A stretch of 64,000 bases of DNA, taken from Piromyces finnis finn. Lineage: Eukaryota > Fungi > Neocallimastigomycota. The position numbers were made by a program, and so were the translations under genes. The first letter of the stretch is position 1. Each line of letters opens with the position of its first letter. The stretch lies in contig MCFH01000006.1 of the NCBI GenBank assembly GCA_002104945.1, forward strand, positions 124,001 to 188,000, written 5' to 3'. Below, in pieces: positions 13,289-27,776 of this stretch. The notes beneath the pieces are model-generated. The model worked only from the letters and a program-made list of their open reading frames with translations. It was not told where the DNA came from and ran no database searches.

Positions 13289-14236
13289 ATGGTTTACCAA
13301 AACAATCGTCAAAATGTTATGGTTAAGGGTTTCGGAAACTCTTTCATGAACAGAGCCAATGTTAATCAACATATTCAACACAAACAACAATTAAACAACA
13401 AAACCCAAAAGCCAACTCAAAAGCCATTAAGAGGTCAAAATTTACAACAATTTAATAATGCCGTTCATGAATTATGTTTTATGTACGACGCTGTCAACTA
13501 CTTCGGAAAGTCCGAATATGCCAAGAAGAATTGTTGGAGAGTAATTAACAAACATCAATTAAACACTGCTACCATTTATTCTATTCGTTATGCTCCATCT
13601 GTTCCAAAAAGAAATGTTGCTAAGAAGCAACCAACCAAGAAACAAGAACAACGTCCACAACCAAAACAACAACCAAAGCAACAATTAAGACAACAATTAA
13701 AGCAACAACAACCAAAACAACAATTAAGACAACAACCAAAGCAACAATTAAGACAACAATTAAAACAACAACAACCAAAGCAACAAAGTAGAAAACAAGG
13801 TGGAAGAAGAATTGGTGGATGTCAATTCAAGCCAAATGTTCCACGTGTTCACAATTACAGTACTACTCCATTACCAAACAACTTATATCCAACTCCTAAA
13901 AACTTCAATCACTTATTTGATGCTTTCAACTACTTTGGTAATCCAAAGGTTAGAGGCATTAAATCTTGGATCGAAAGCTCTCGTACTCACAAGTTAAACT
14001 CTATCGCTACAGTCTTTGCTAAGAGAAATGCTCCACATGTCCCAATAAGACATAACCGTTCTAATAGAAAAAACCAACAACAAGGTCCAAAAAAACAACA
14101 ACAAATCCAAAGAAATGTTCCAAAGCAACAATCTAACAGAAGACAACCACAAAAGAACAACAGAAAACAAAAGAATCAATTCTCAAATGTTTGGGAAGAT
14201 TACTACGTTAGTCCAAAACAACGTATGTTCAAGTAA
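13289..14236 (+). CDS. Orphan 315-aa very basic Q/K/N/R-rich protein with two copies of an unrecognised module and a central QQPKQQLR repeat
   Basis: Intronless ATG..TAA ORF, much richer in C/G than its flanks. Uses C-ending codons (TTC, AAC, TAC, GCC) and AAG, like the ENA and AP-2 genes. No family recognised. Confidence 0.85.
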   Translation: MVYQNNRQNVMVKGFGNSFMNRANVNQHIQHKQQLNNKTQKPTQKPLRGQNLQQFNNAVHELCFMYDAVNYFGKSEYAKKNCWRVINKHQLNTATIYSIRYAPSVPKRNVAKKQPTKKQEQRPQPKQQPKQQLRQQLKQQQPKQQLRQQPKQQLRQQLKQQQPKQQSRKQGGRRIGGCQFKPNVPRVHNYSTTPLPNNLYPTPKNFNHLFDAFNYFGNPKVRGIKSWIESSRTHKLNSIATVFAKRNAPHVPIRHNRSNRKNQQQGPKKQQQIQRNVPKQQSNRRQPQKNNRKQKNQFSNVWEDYYVSPKQRMFK

Positions 14237-15146
14237 AAGTATTGATTTATAGTGGGAAAACTCTATATTTTCAATTTGTAGTTCTTTTGAAAATCTAATT
14301 GTTGTTGGGATATTTCATTAGAACAAAATTCAAAATATTTTCTTTTTTTATTATATATAACAAAATGAGTTATTTATATCGATTTTAAAAGGGATTTGGT
14401 TAAATATAAATTTTTAATAATTTATTTTTAAAAATCAAATTACTTTTTTTTTTTAAAAAAGAAAAATTTATTTTATTTTTTTTTTTATATAAAAAATATT
14501 TTTAAAATATGTAAATCACAAACCAAATATATATTTAATATTAATATATATTTTATATCTCGATTGTTTGATTACAAATAATCATTATACCATTGTGTAA
14601 TATTTTAAAAAACATATTTTTATTAAGAATATAAAAAAAAAAAAAAATTTAAAAAAAAAAATAAAAAAAAAAACCTTAGGGGAAAAAAAAAATAAAGTTA
14701 TAAATTTTTAGTGTGTAACTAAATTATTATTATCATATAAATATTAGGGATATATAAGATTTAAAAAGGAAAAGAAGTAAATTTATTTTATATAATTTTA
14801 TTTTACATTATTAATTTTATTTATTATTAATTTTATTTATTATTAATTATTAATTTAATGCTGTTTTATTTAAATAAAAGGTAATTAATGTTATATATTC
14901 TTTCAAATACTTTTGCTTTTTTTTTTTATTATAATTATTGTATTATTCTTCACTACTATAATGTGATTTTATTTTAATTTTATTAGTTTTTTTTTTTTTT
15001 TTTTTTATTTATTTATTTATTTATTTTTATTATTTTATATTTATTTTCATAATTTTTCTTGATTGCTTTTTCTAATATATTTTTTATATTTTATTTTATA
15101 TATATATATATATAGCCTTTGTTTTTGGTAAATGAATAATAGGAAA

Positions 15147-18100
15147 TTAAATTCCTTTAACATCTACACATAACATTCTCTCAATAAAGTTTCTTAATGT
15201 TTCAGTTACTATTTCATTGGTTGTTCTTAATGTTAAACGGTACATCTATATTTTAAAATTAAAATTTAAAATGTATTTATTTAATTAATAAATAGTAAAA
15301 AAAAAAAAAAAAAAAAAAAAAAATAGATAAAAACTTTATACTAATTTTAAAAAATAAGTTTTATAAAAAGAAATGAAGCATACCTGTTGTTCTAAGTTTG
15401 GTTCCAATCTTAATAAACAACCTATCTTACCAAGATCAATAGAGTGGAAAACTGCAGCACCAACAAAATTATTTTTATTAGGATCAACATTTTCACAAAT
15501 ACCAAAATGTAAATTAGATAATATATTTCTGGTCTTATTAACATCAATAGGATTTGGTGTCTTAAAAATAATTTGACTTTCTCTTGGTGGACCACCAATT
15601 TGTCTCCAACGAGTGAAGAAGTCTTGACAATTCATAATAATTGGTTCAAGGAATTTACCAATAGAAACTGGGAATTGAAGTTGTAATGAATTTGGCATAC
15701 CATTCATATGATATTGAATATATAATACTGGTGGGCTCTTAAATACACCATTACATTCTAAAGCATAAAGTTGATTAAGTTGGGTAGCAGCTGGAATAGT
15801 TTGTGCAATTGGTTGTGCTACACTAAGCTTTAATTCATTTTGGGATTTAGTTTGAACAATAAAGTTAGTAAGAGTAAATTGAGTTTTGTTACCAGCGAAT
15901 AATGCAATTCTACCTAAATGGTTATGATATTCAGATTTAATACCCAATTGAATAGTAGAATCTTCATAAAGAATACCATTATCAGCTAACATTAACTTAT
16001 TGTAATATATATCAGCCATTTTTTCGGCAGGTATAATTTCTTTTGGTGCTTGAACAATTTCCTTAACAGTATCATTTGGTTTAATTTCTTCCACCACTGA
16101 TTCCTTTTTAACAATTCTACGATCTTTATTTTTATTGGCATCCTTACCACCAATAACCCAAATTCTTTTATCTTCGGTATCTGCAATCTTTTTATTAAGA
16201 CTTGAAAGTAAAATGGATTCTCTTTCTGGGAATGGTGGCATTTCATCAAATACAGTTTGCAAAAGATCATCAGTTGGGAGGTTACTGATGGCTAAATATT
16301 CACAAGCTCTTTGTTGTAATTCAACATCTAATACGTGACTATATTGTTTAAATACATTTGTAATTTCACTTTTAATTTCAGGGAATAAATTAATAAACTT
16401 AATATATGTAGATAAAAGTAAAGCACGTGTTGAAAGTGATGCCATTCCAAATTTAGAATGAATAGTAGTGAATTGTTCTATTGGACTACTTCCTGGTTCA
16501 TTAGCAATTAAGTGACCAAACTCACCAAGAATATAACCTGCAACCTTTAAAGTAGTTTCATGACAAATTGGTGACTTTAAAGAGTACATTAAAGTACGAG
16601 CAGCATATTCTTGTAAATCTTCGTTATTGGTAACAATTTGAATAATACGGTACCATACTTCATCACTAACAAAATCACCAGCTATAGAAATTAATTGTAG
16701 CATTATATCAACATACCATGAATATTCTGTAGCATATTTTTCAGTTAAAATAGCAATTTTAAGAACAAGTTCTTCCTTAATAGCATAATCTGCAACTTGA
16801 AGATATTTTAATAGTTCAGTAACAATAGTTTCTGCATTACTATTATCACACATACTATACAATAAATCTAAAGCCTTTCTTCTAACACTAATATCTTTAT
16901 CCTTCAATGACATAATAATGGTATTTTGATGTTTTTTAATTGGATCAAGAGATTCGACGAAACCTGCTAAGTGACACATAGTTTCTAAACCTAAATATCT
17001 AGTGTTGGTCTCTTTTGATGAAATAAATTTTCCCAATAAAACTGCAGCTTGACTTACTATATGTGATTCACTATCAATATGAATTGCTAAATTAATAGCT
17101 TCAAATAATACAGCATTCTGTGCATTATTATGTTGTATATTCTTTGGAATTTCTTGTGAATTATTTATAATAGCTTGAAGAGTATGATTTAATCTTTCAA
17201 TCAAAAATTTATCCTCTATTTAAAGTATCCATTACAGTGTTTTAATTATAATCGTAATTATTAATATTATCGTTATTGTTATTATTATTATTAAAATTCA
17301 AATTAATAAATGAAATTAATAAATATAAATAAATGTTATATAGTTTTACATTTCATTTTATATAATTTTAATATTAATTTTTACCTGGTGGTGGATAATA
17401 TTGTAAAAGTCTTAAAAGTTTAACTTGAAGCCATGGAATTGGAACTTTATAGTATAAATAATCTAGAGTATATTCCTTTTCAATTACAATCTATTTTTTT
17501 TTTAATAATATTATTTAATTTAAAAAAAAATACAATTAATAATAATTTTCAATGCTTTTTTTTTTATAATATAATTACTCTGTAAAGACGGTCAATAGCT
17601 TTAGGAATACATGCTGCATATGCTTCTGGGTATTGTTGTGCTAATGAAGTAATAAGACTGGTAACAGATAATGTAACACCCTATTTAATGTTTTAGAAAT
17701 AGTAATTATTAATTTTTTATATTGAATAATGATTTAATTGTAATGGATGACTTTCTTTAAATATAATATTTTATTCCCATTATAATTACCAAATCTTGAT
17801 CATCCATTAAAAATAAAATTAATTCGGCCCAATCAATAGCTGGAATAATATCACTATGTTTACGGAATAATCTAAGCATACATAATGCAGCCTTCTTTTT
17901 AACAAATGTTCTCTTCTGACTATATAATTAAAACAATAAATAGCATTAAATATGTTAATGATTTGATTCTACTTGTTTTTTTCCTTTATAATTACAAGTA
18001 ATAAAGAAATGCAACTATCTGACTATAATTAACCTTGAAACTAATAATCTTTGTACATCAACCGATAAGGATTCGGCCATTTCACGGCCACCAATATTAG

Positions 18101-19010
18101 CAATAGCATGTAAAGCCAAGCAATTATGAATTTCATTATAATCTTCTAAATCTTTTCTAATTGAATTTACTACTAATTTAATAAGATCACTGTTTTCAGT
18201 TAATAATAATGTCATAGCGAGATAACCCTAAATTTGATAATAATTGTTTAATTGAAAATTAATTACAGAATATGACTTTAATCAATTTAAAATTATTTAA
18301 ATATCATTATTGCTTGTTACAATTTGTTTTTCACTGTATTTAGAACTTGAAATTAAATTTAAAGCTTCCATGTGTCCGAAATCAACATCCCAACCAAGAA
18401 TGTAAATATACAATAATTTACATACATATTTTTTCTTTTGATATCCATTAAGATTACCATCTATTTTTATTTTGGAATTTGAATTGCATTTATATTTTTA
18501 TTATAATTTTGTTTTTGTTGTTTAGTTTTGTTTTGTTGTTATAGTTGTTGTTTTTTAATTTGAAATTGATAATTATAATCATTTTTATTATCAATATAGA
18601 AATAAAATAATAAAAGAATATATGTTATATGAAATCAATTATATCAATAAATGTTATTTCATATTCAATATGTATTTTTATTATGTTTAAATTTTTGTAT
18701 ATAAAAATTTAATAGTTAAATATTAGAATATGGGTAAAAATAAAAATGATAATTTTAAAAATATACTATATTTATTTATGATTTATGTAACCTCTAAATT
18801 TATTTCTAATATTTGCCATTTCTTTGTTAATACGCTTTTCTTCTAACTCTCTTGCACGACCTAATTAATATAAAATAATTACAAACATTATTAATAATTT
18901 ATAGAAAATATTATAATTATTTGTTTAATTACTATTTTTATTTTAATTATATTAAGACTCGTACAGTTACGAAGATCGGCAATAAAAACAGTCAAACCTT
19001 TCATAGACAT
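15147..19010 (-). CDS. AP2A: AP-2 adaptor complex alpha subunit (alpha-adaptin), 9 exons
   Basis: Spliced N-terminus [37 protein letters not shown]...[28 protein letters not shown]; trunk motifs [38 protein letters not shown]; appendage domain; last exon 15147..15245 ([11 protein letters not shown]...KGI*). All introns traced are GT-AG. Confidence 0.95.
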
Positions 19011-19032
19011 TTTGACTATCGGTTTTATATTT

Positions 19033-19063
<31 letters not shown>

Positions 19064-20661
19064 TATATTTCTATTTTTAAATATAAAATTATATGAAAAA
19101 TTAATATTAGATTTTTACAATTAATATTTTAAATTCTTAATATTTATTTCAAAAATAATATTTTTTATAAATTTTTAATAATAAAATAAAATAAAATAAA
19201 AAAAAGTTATATTACCTTCAAAAAAGTTTTTCCTTTAAAGTTTATTTTTTATTTTATTTAATTTGCTTATTATTTCCTTCTTTGTTATTATTATTATTAT
19301 TATTTTGTTTGTTTATTCTATTATATTTTATTTTTAATTTTTCATTATTAATTTCTTTTAATTATTAATTATTATTTATATTCTAATATTAAAATTTGAC
19401 GTTATGTTTAACAGTTAATTGAAATATAAGTAATAATTATATAATCTATATATATATAAAAAAAAAAAAAAAAAAAAAAGAACAAATAATAATAATTATA
19501 ATAATAATAATAGAAAAAAAAAAAATGCTAAACTACGAACGATTATTTTAAAAATAATAAATAAATTAAATAATATATAAAATGGTAATTATAAATTTTA
19601 AATAATATTAATTAATTTTTATATTTATTATTCAACAAGCACGTGATTACATAAATTATTACTTATATCATTTATGTATTGTACATACATATAGAATAAT
19701 ATATATTCAACTTTGTTTAAAAATATTATTTTACAGATTATTAAGAAATAGAGATAATTATTTATACTATGATAGTTAAATTTAATATAATTATATTTTC
19801 TATTATTATACAATTTATAAAGATATTCATATAGTCTTTTCTTTTTTATTTTAGTAAATTCAAAATTAATATTCAAATAGTATTATTTGGTAAAAATCTT
19901 TGTGTGACATTAATACATTTAAACATAATAAAGGGTAGGTTTTTTTAATAATAATAATAATATCTACCTTTTCACATAATTTATATAAAAATATAATAAA
20001 AAAAACATTAAAGTGGCCAACTTCTTAATGTAATTGTTAATAATAAAATATTTATTTTAAAATAAATGTTTATATTAAAATAACAAATAGAAAAAGAAAA
20101 GAAAAAAAAACTTCAAAATTGGTAAATCTTTAAATTCTTTTTTAAAAATTTTTTAAAAATTCAATACCCTTTTTAAATATGGGAGACATAAAATATCATA
20201 TATTTCCATCCATAACAATAAATAAGCTATGATATAAAGTAATAGACTTTATAAAAAGAGAAAAATAAAATAATTTATAATAGACCTTTATATTTCAATA
20301 AAATATATTATTTATTTATCAAAAAAAAAGAAAAAGAACATTTTCTACTCTTTACATATAAATATAAACCTAGTTTTTAAAAATGAAAAATCAGTTAAGA
20401 TTATAGTTGATATTATTAACTAAAAATAGAACAAAGTTTTAATTATTTTTGAATATATTTTTTCTATATTTGAATATCCTTTTGTTTTTTTACATTAAAA
20501 ATTAAATATATTAAATATAATTTATTCGAAGATTGAAAGAAATAAAATATATAAATAGCAATCTTTTGTTTTTTATATATTACATATATGATTATTTCAA
20601 TATAAAAGATAAATACAATTCAAATCATTACATATTATAAAGAACAAAAAAAGGTTACAAA

Positions 20662-23506
20662 ATGAATATTGATAGTAATGTATCTATATGAAAATTAACT
20701 TAAAATAAAACCATATATTAATAACACATAAAGTACAAGATTTATTAATACTAATACAAACATACAAACCATATATATTATTAATACATATATTATTATT
20801 TATAATGTTAATGATGATAATAATAATATTTAATAACAATTATCATATATAATAAAGCCATAAATCCAAGTATTATATCACCCCAAGAAGAATTGGAAGA
20901 GATAATAAGAGAATACATAACACCTGACAAACTAGTTAGTTTTTTTTTTTTTTAAAAAAAAAAAATTAATCTTAAATAATATAATATATCATTAAATATG
21001 TTGTAATAAAAAAAAAAAAAAAATAGAGGAAAATTACAGGAATCAAAAATTTAGATGAAGCAAGAAGTATTGAATTAAAAGTTGATAGTAGAAAAACTAG
21101 TATTGGAAATGTTGGTACGATTAAGATATAGAAATATAATATTAATTTTTTGATAAAAATCTTTTCAATTTAATAACTCAATAAAAATATTAACAATTAC
21201 TTAGGGAAAATATTACCAAATTTGTCACAGTTAAATTTAAATAATAGTTATTTTGATTCAATAAGGTATATTAAAATATCAAAATATTTATTGATTTAAA
21301 AAGAAACGAAGCATGGAACCTTTAACTTACTATAATAAGAAATAATTATAATTATAATAATTAATAAGAAATTTAGGCTCATCTTTCGAAAATTTAAATA
21401 TATTATGGGCTTGTAATTGTTCAATCAAAGAACTTGATGGAATAAGTTCATTCAATTCATTAAAAGTATGCGTTTATATATAAATGAAGATAAAGACATA
21501 TATATATATATTTTTAATATAACAATTAAATATTTATTATAATAAAAAAATAAAAAAAAAGAAATTATATGTTAATAAGAATTTAATATCCGATTTATAT
21601 TCAATAACAATGTTGGAAAATCTGGAAACATTAAACATTGAAAGGTATAATTTAACTTTTAATTTTATTATAATTTATTAAAATATATATAAATACTGAA
21701 TTATATAACCTAGGTAATAATATTAATTATTCCTTCAAAAATGCTTATATAGTAATTTAGTTTCTGACATTGAGCAGTTGGAATATTTAGCATTATGTCC
21801 ATCTTTAAAAAATTTAACTATTAGAAATAATCCTATAATGTTAAAATTAAAAATTACAATTGAAAAAAATGAAAAAATCATAAAACAAAATAAAATACAT
21901 GCATATAATAAAATTATAAAAAATTTAATCCCTAGTATTTCAATATTAGACGGAGTCCTAATAGAATCAAAAAAAATCAATATACTAACAGGTATATATA
22001 CAATCTTTTACTTTTTTTATTTTATTTTTTGTATGTGGTCTTCTATTATAATATTTTTTTTAACAAATCTTTTTTAATAAAATTATAAAATCATAAAATT
22101 CAATCTATAACTTTTAGATGAAGAAATAAATGATATATTAAAAAAAGCAGAAGAAATGCAAATTGAAACTACCCCAATAAATAAAACAACGACAAATAAA
22201 TACTATGGAATTGAAAATGAAGTAGAAGAAGCTAGTGAATTAACATATGGTACATACTAAAATATAATTTCTTATATATATTTGTGATAATTTTAATATC
22301 AAAAAAAAATATTAATTTACATATCTACTTTTTTTTTAAATAAATATCCTAATGGATTTTTATTAATATTATATAAATTAAGGTACATCTGAAACTGTAT
22401 GTGGAAATCCGGCATTATTTTTACGATCAAGAAGACAAGAAAAACAAGAGTTATGTCATTCTATTGATAAACCTCAACTTGATGTCGAAATAAAAAATTA
22501 CATAGAGAATTTAGAGAAAGAAGATGATTTTACAAGTAATTTAACTGAAGATAATAATTTAATTGATGAAAACGAAATAAGTAATAAAGATCATAATAAT
22601 GATAATATATCTACAAAAACACAACAAAAACTTATTTCTGATAAAGAAAAAAAGAAAAAAATTAAACATAAAACAATTAAAAAAGTTCCAAATATAGATG
22701 AAGAAAAAAAATGTATTGAATTTGAATCTGAAAGTCTCACTGAAAATTGTGATATGATATCTAATATTATAATAAAAGATAAAACAGAAATTTCGAATAA
22801 ATCCGAAAAATTAATTAAAAAAAAAATTAAAAAAACTATAATAGATGAATATGATATGAAAAAAGCATCAGGAATAAAACATCAAAGAAGTAAATCATCA
22901 ATTACTAGTTCCCCTAGAACAAATACATTAACAACAAATTCTTCTGGATATCATAAAGTACCTACAAAAGCTATTAATAATAAACCATTTGTATCTATTG
23001 ATTCAATATACAGTATTAGTAGTAGTGACAGTAGTAGCACATGTGGTTTAAAAAAAGAACCTATTTCAAAACCTCACATGTTACACCGAAGGTCTTCCAC
23101 AACAGAATCAGGATTAGATTTACATAAATATGCATCACCCTCTCCTCCTCCTGACAAGAAATCACCTCTTTCACCTGATATTTTTTTAGCATTAAAAAAT
23201 AACTCTATAATAAATTCAAAATCTCTTTCTAAAAAATTAAATAAATTTGATACACTAATTCAAAAAAAGAGTGATATAACTGATTTAGAAAAACAAAATA
23301 AAAGAAATATTTATGTACGAAAGCTTAATATTAAAAGTCATACATTCAATACCAGTCGAGATTTTAACGATTTAACATTTATAAATAATAAAATGGATAA
23401 CAATTTAATACCTCACCCTCCCTTAAAACCTATAACATCACAAGAAGATGAACATAGACCAATTTCTGTACCTATCATACGTAGACGTATGTACAAAAAG
23501 AAATAA
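20662..23506 (+). CDS. LRRC56: LRRC56-like leucine-rich-repeat protein (ODA8 family, axonemal dynein transport/assembly); multi-exon, start approximate
   Basis: Spliced exons give INPSII...EYITPDKL, SIELKVDSRKTSIGNVG, LPNLSQLNLNNSYF, NLGSSFENLNILWACNCSIKELDGISSF, LEYLALCPSLKNLTIRNNP and EASELTYGTSETVCGNPALFLRSRR, colinear with LRRC56, followed by a long disordered tail. Confidence 0.8.
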
Positions 23507-23896
23507 GTCTATTGTTTTTGTTTTTTCGTAAAGAAGAATATATAGATTATTTCAAATAATTCTTCTATATCGAAGTTTTTTTAAGCTTTATAAACATTAA
23601 AATAGTAAACTATCTATTATAAATATTTCTAATTTAATATTAATATAACCTTATCATATAAATGATTATTATAATAAAGTCAATATTGTCTATCGTTCAA
23701 ATTAAAATAATATCAATGAAATCTAATATATCTAAAATAACAAATAAAAATTAAATTTTAATTCAGTCATTAAAATGATACCATTTCATTTATATTTTTA
23801 ATAGATTTTGACAAACTAAAAAAAATCGAATAAATAAAATATTTTTAAATATTTTTAAATTATTTTGTTTTAATGTAATATTTTTTATAATTATAT

Positions 23897-24012
23897 GCTG
23901 AAGATTCAGTATGGAAAACCAGTAGGGTTAAACTACCCAACTAGTAATAAAAAATAGTCAACATTTCTATATGAACCACTAATTAGGATTATTCTATTAA
24001 ATGGGAGAAATA
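23897..24012 (+). mobile_element. Decayed 3'-end copy of the SINE-like element
   Basis: gctgaagattcagtatggaaaaccagtagggtt...caacatttct...gaaccact...aaatgggagaaat aligns with 57802-57913. Confidence 0.8.
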
Positions 24013-24141
24013 TACACATTTTTTAATAAAAATATATGATTATTAAATTAATATAAAGACATTTTAAATAGTATTACCACTAATTTTCTTTTTTACTTAA
24101 CATTTTTTTAATTTAGTTTTTTTTTTTTTTTAATTAATCTA

Positions 24142-24201
24142 AAAAATTTCAATTAAAGTTTAAGGTAGTACAACCTTATTGAAACTTTAATTAAAATTTT
24201 T
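24142..24201. repeat. Inverted repeat (19/20 outer arms plus inner aagg/cctt)
   Basis: aaaaatttcaattaaagttt-aagg-tagtacaa-cctt-attg-aaactttaattaaaattttt. Confidence 0.65.
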
Positions 24202-24694
24202 TATTTACGTTAACAAAACTTTAAAAAAAAATGGTTATTAATAATATTATTTAAATAATGTATATATATATGATTAATAATTATTATATTTGATAGTAAA
24301 ACAGAAATACATATATATATATATATTTTTTTTGCTTATTTGAATAAAGTCCAATTTAAAAAAGTAATAGTAATATTAAAATGTTTTAGAATTTAAATGT
24401 TGCAAGAATTTTAAATATTAATTTTGTTTTGTTTTATTTTTTAATAAAAATACCAATGATTTTTTTTACAATCTCCGATTGTTTAATTGTTCATTATATT
24501 AAATTTTAATATTACATTTATAATAAACATTTTTTTTTAAACTAATTTTTAAAATATGAAAAATTTCACTATTTTATAATACTTTATTTTTTAAACTTTG
24601 TTGACTAGCAGTAATAATATTATAGAGATTTTTTTTTTTAATTTCATATATATCTATCATCTACCATATAGGGAAAAAATAACTATATAAAAAG

Positions 24695-27600
24695 ATGTCA
24701 ATAAATGTAAATATCACAATTGTTATATAAAGCTTTCACTATAATATATAATAAAAATTAATTCTTAATATATGTATATGTTATTTTATGTTATTTTTAA
24801 TATTCAAAATATATTTAAATATATTTTTTTATAAAGAGAAAATATTCAAATACTGAAATTAGATTTCCAAATTACTTGGATTTACCACCTCACGACCGTG
24901 GAAAAGGTCAAATACAATATAAAAATGCTGAATCAGATTACACAATTTCAAATAGAGTAAATAAAATGACTTGATAAAATAAAAATTAAAATTTACTATT
25001 TAAAAAAAAAAAAAAAACGAGGAGAACTACTAATTAATTATTTTAATTTCTAATTCAATTATATACAATTCTTTACATTTATACTTTTTATCTGGAACAA
25101 ATGTGAATTTTAAATTATAATATACAAAAAATAATATGGAAACTTTTAATAATTATCAATTCAAAAATAAAATATTTAGGAAAAAATCTTAGAACAAGTA
25201 TGTATTATTTCATAATTACATTACATTATATTATATTATATTATATTAATAATATAATACAATAGTGAAATATTGAAATAAAATGAAATATCCATACAAT
25301 ATTATTATCATTATTATATTATCATTATTATTTAAATTTAGTTAATTAAAAGAGATATAGAAAAAAACAACTAAAAACAGTTATAAATAGTCATTATATT
25401 GTTTGTTTGTTTTTTTTTTTTTACCATACTATATAATTATAATAATATTTAATATATCTATTACTTTTTAAAAAAGTTAAAACAAGATGTAAGTGCATCA
25501 TTAGCACAGGAAAGTGACTCACGTATTGAAAATTTAAGAAAATATAGAAGTGGTGTTGCATTAAATGAAGAAGACCGTCTAGCTATATTAATAAATGAAG
25601 TAAATTTTTATTACTTTCAATTTTTAAATAATATTAAAATCAACAAAAAAAATAAATATAAATTAATTATAAAATGACACTTTTATGGATTTTAATAGTA
25701 TATGTTATTTTATTATTAAATAATATCAATCTCATATAATCAAATAATAAATAAAAAAAAAGAGAGAAGAAATGAAAAGAAAAAGAAGAGAAGAATTAAA
25801 AAAGATGAATGAAGAAACCATAGAAGCTGCAGAATATGACTTAAAATATCATAATCGTATACGTATGAAAAAGTATTTACAACAAGTATGGTTAAATTCA
25901 CCAGAATTAAGAGAATTAGAAGCAAAATTAAATTTAGCCTATATTAATAAGGAAAGAGATATGCAAAAAAGAGAGAAAAGATTACAAGATGAACGTAATA
26001 GAGTAAATTATCATCATTTTTAAAAAATATAAAATATAATAATAATTTTAATAAAATTAAAAATTGTGTAATTTATTTTTCCACTTTCAACATCTACAAA
26101 TTTATAAAATAATAATTTATATGATAATATATATTATATATAATTTTTTATTCAATTAAAGATGGAAGAAGAAGAAATATCAAAAAAATTATTGCAAGAT
26201 TATGAAGAATATAAAAAAGAAGAAGCAGAAAATAAAAAGCATGAATATTACATAAGTAAAAATTATAGTAAAGCATTAGCTGAACAATTAAATGATCAAG
26301 AAAAACGTAGACTGGAAGAAAGTAAGGAAATTGCCAAAGATAAAGAATTGATTGACAAAATTGTTCAAAAGGTTTATGAAGAAGATGAAAAGTAAAATAT
26401 AATAAATTTAAAAAAAAAAAATTAATTTTTAAAATCAAAAAAATTCTAATAATAATAATATAAATATTTATTTGAAAAATTAATAAAAGACAAAAGCAAT
26501 ATGAAATAGAAAAAAGAAAAGAATTCCAAAAAGGAATCGAAGAATTTATTCAAAACAAAATGCTTCAAAAGGAAGAAGAAGAGTACATGCGTAAGAAAGA
26601 AGAAGAAAGTATTAATGAATATAATAAAAGAAAAGAAGAAAGAAAAGGACAATATGATGAATTGAAACGTTTAAGAGAAAATAATAAAAATATTATATAC
26701 CAAAGAGTAATTATTTTTAATTTTTTTTTTTTTTTTTAAGATTTTATTATTTAAAATTGAATATATAATATAACATTTATTTCTCATGTACTAAAAAAAA
26801 ATAGTTGGCAGATGAAATCGAAAGGAATGAAAAAGAAAAGCAAATGGTTAACCAAATTAGAATTGAATTATATGAAGAAAAACAAGCTGAACGTGAACGT
26901 CAACTTGCAGATGTAATTATTAATTTTTATATTAATAATATTTTTTTTATTTTTTGTTTTTTCTATTTTTTAACTTCTTATCTTTTTTTTCACTATTATT
27001 AGGAATTATTTGAAAAGAAAATTAGACAAAGAATTGAACTTATTGAATCCTTCCAACAACAAATATTATACAAAAAGAAGAAGCTTCAAGAAGAAAATGA
27101 AATTGAAGAAATATATAAACAACAAGTAAATTTATACTTTTTATTTATTTATTTATCTATTACTAATTATGAAATAGTTGAAGGGATATAATTCATAATA
27201 AATAACCAATTTATTTTTTAAAAATTATCATAAAATAAAAAATGTTAATATATAATATCACAATAGATTGCTAAACAAGCTGAAGATTATAAGAAGTTAG
27301 AATTAATGAATGAACAAAAGAGAAGAATGAAACAATTAGAATACGCTAGAGAAATGGAAAGATTAATAAAGGAAAGAGATCAATACTTAGATAATAAGAG
27401 AAGACAAGAAGAAGAAGAAAACAACAAACTTGAAGAATTAGAGAAATTAAGATTAGAAGTTGTTGAAGCTGAACGTCAAAGATTACTTAAAGAACATGCT
27501 ACTCAACTTGTGGGCTATCTTCCAAAGGTAAATATCAATTATATTATAACTATCAAAAAAAAATATTGTTTTTCCATTTAAATTAATTTTATTTATATAT

Positions 27601-27776
27601 AATTGTGTATATATCTACAATATATATCTATGATTTAATTTCTAATAAATATTAAGGGTGTTATACGAGATGAAAATGATTTAAAACTTTTTGATGAGAA
27701 ACTTCAAAAGCAATTTGAAGAATTAAAAATTACAAAAGAAAAAAATAAACCTATACAAACATCTTCATTATATTAA
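24695..27776 (+). CDS. MNS1: MNS1-like axonemal coiled-coil protein (trichohyalin-plectin-homology domain); multi-exon, start approximate
   Basis: QQVWLNSPELRELEAKLNLAYINKERDMQ and LLKEHATQLVGYLPK|GVIRDENDLKLF match the conserved MNS1 blocks; K/E/R coiled-coil exons lie between; TAA at 27774-27776. Confidence 0.85.
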
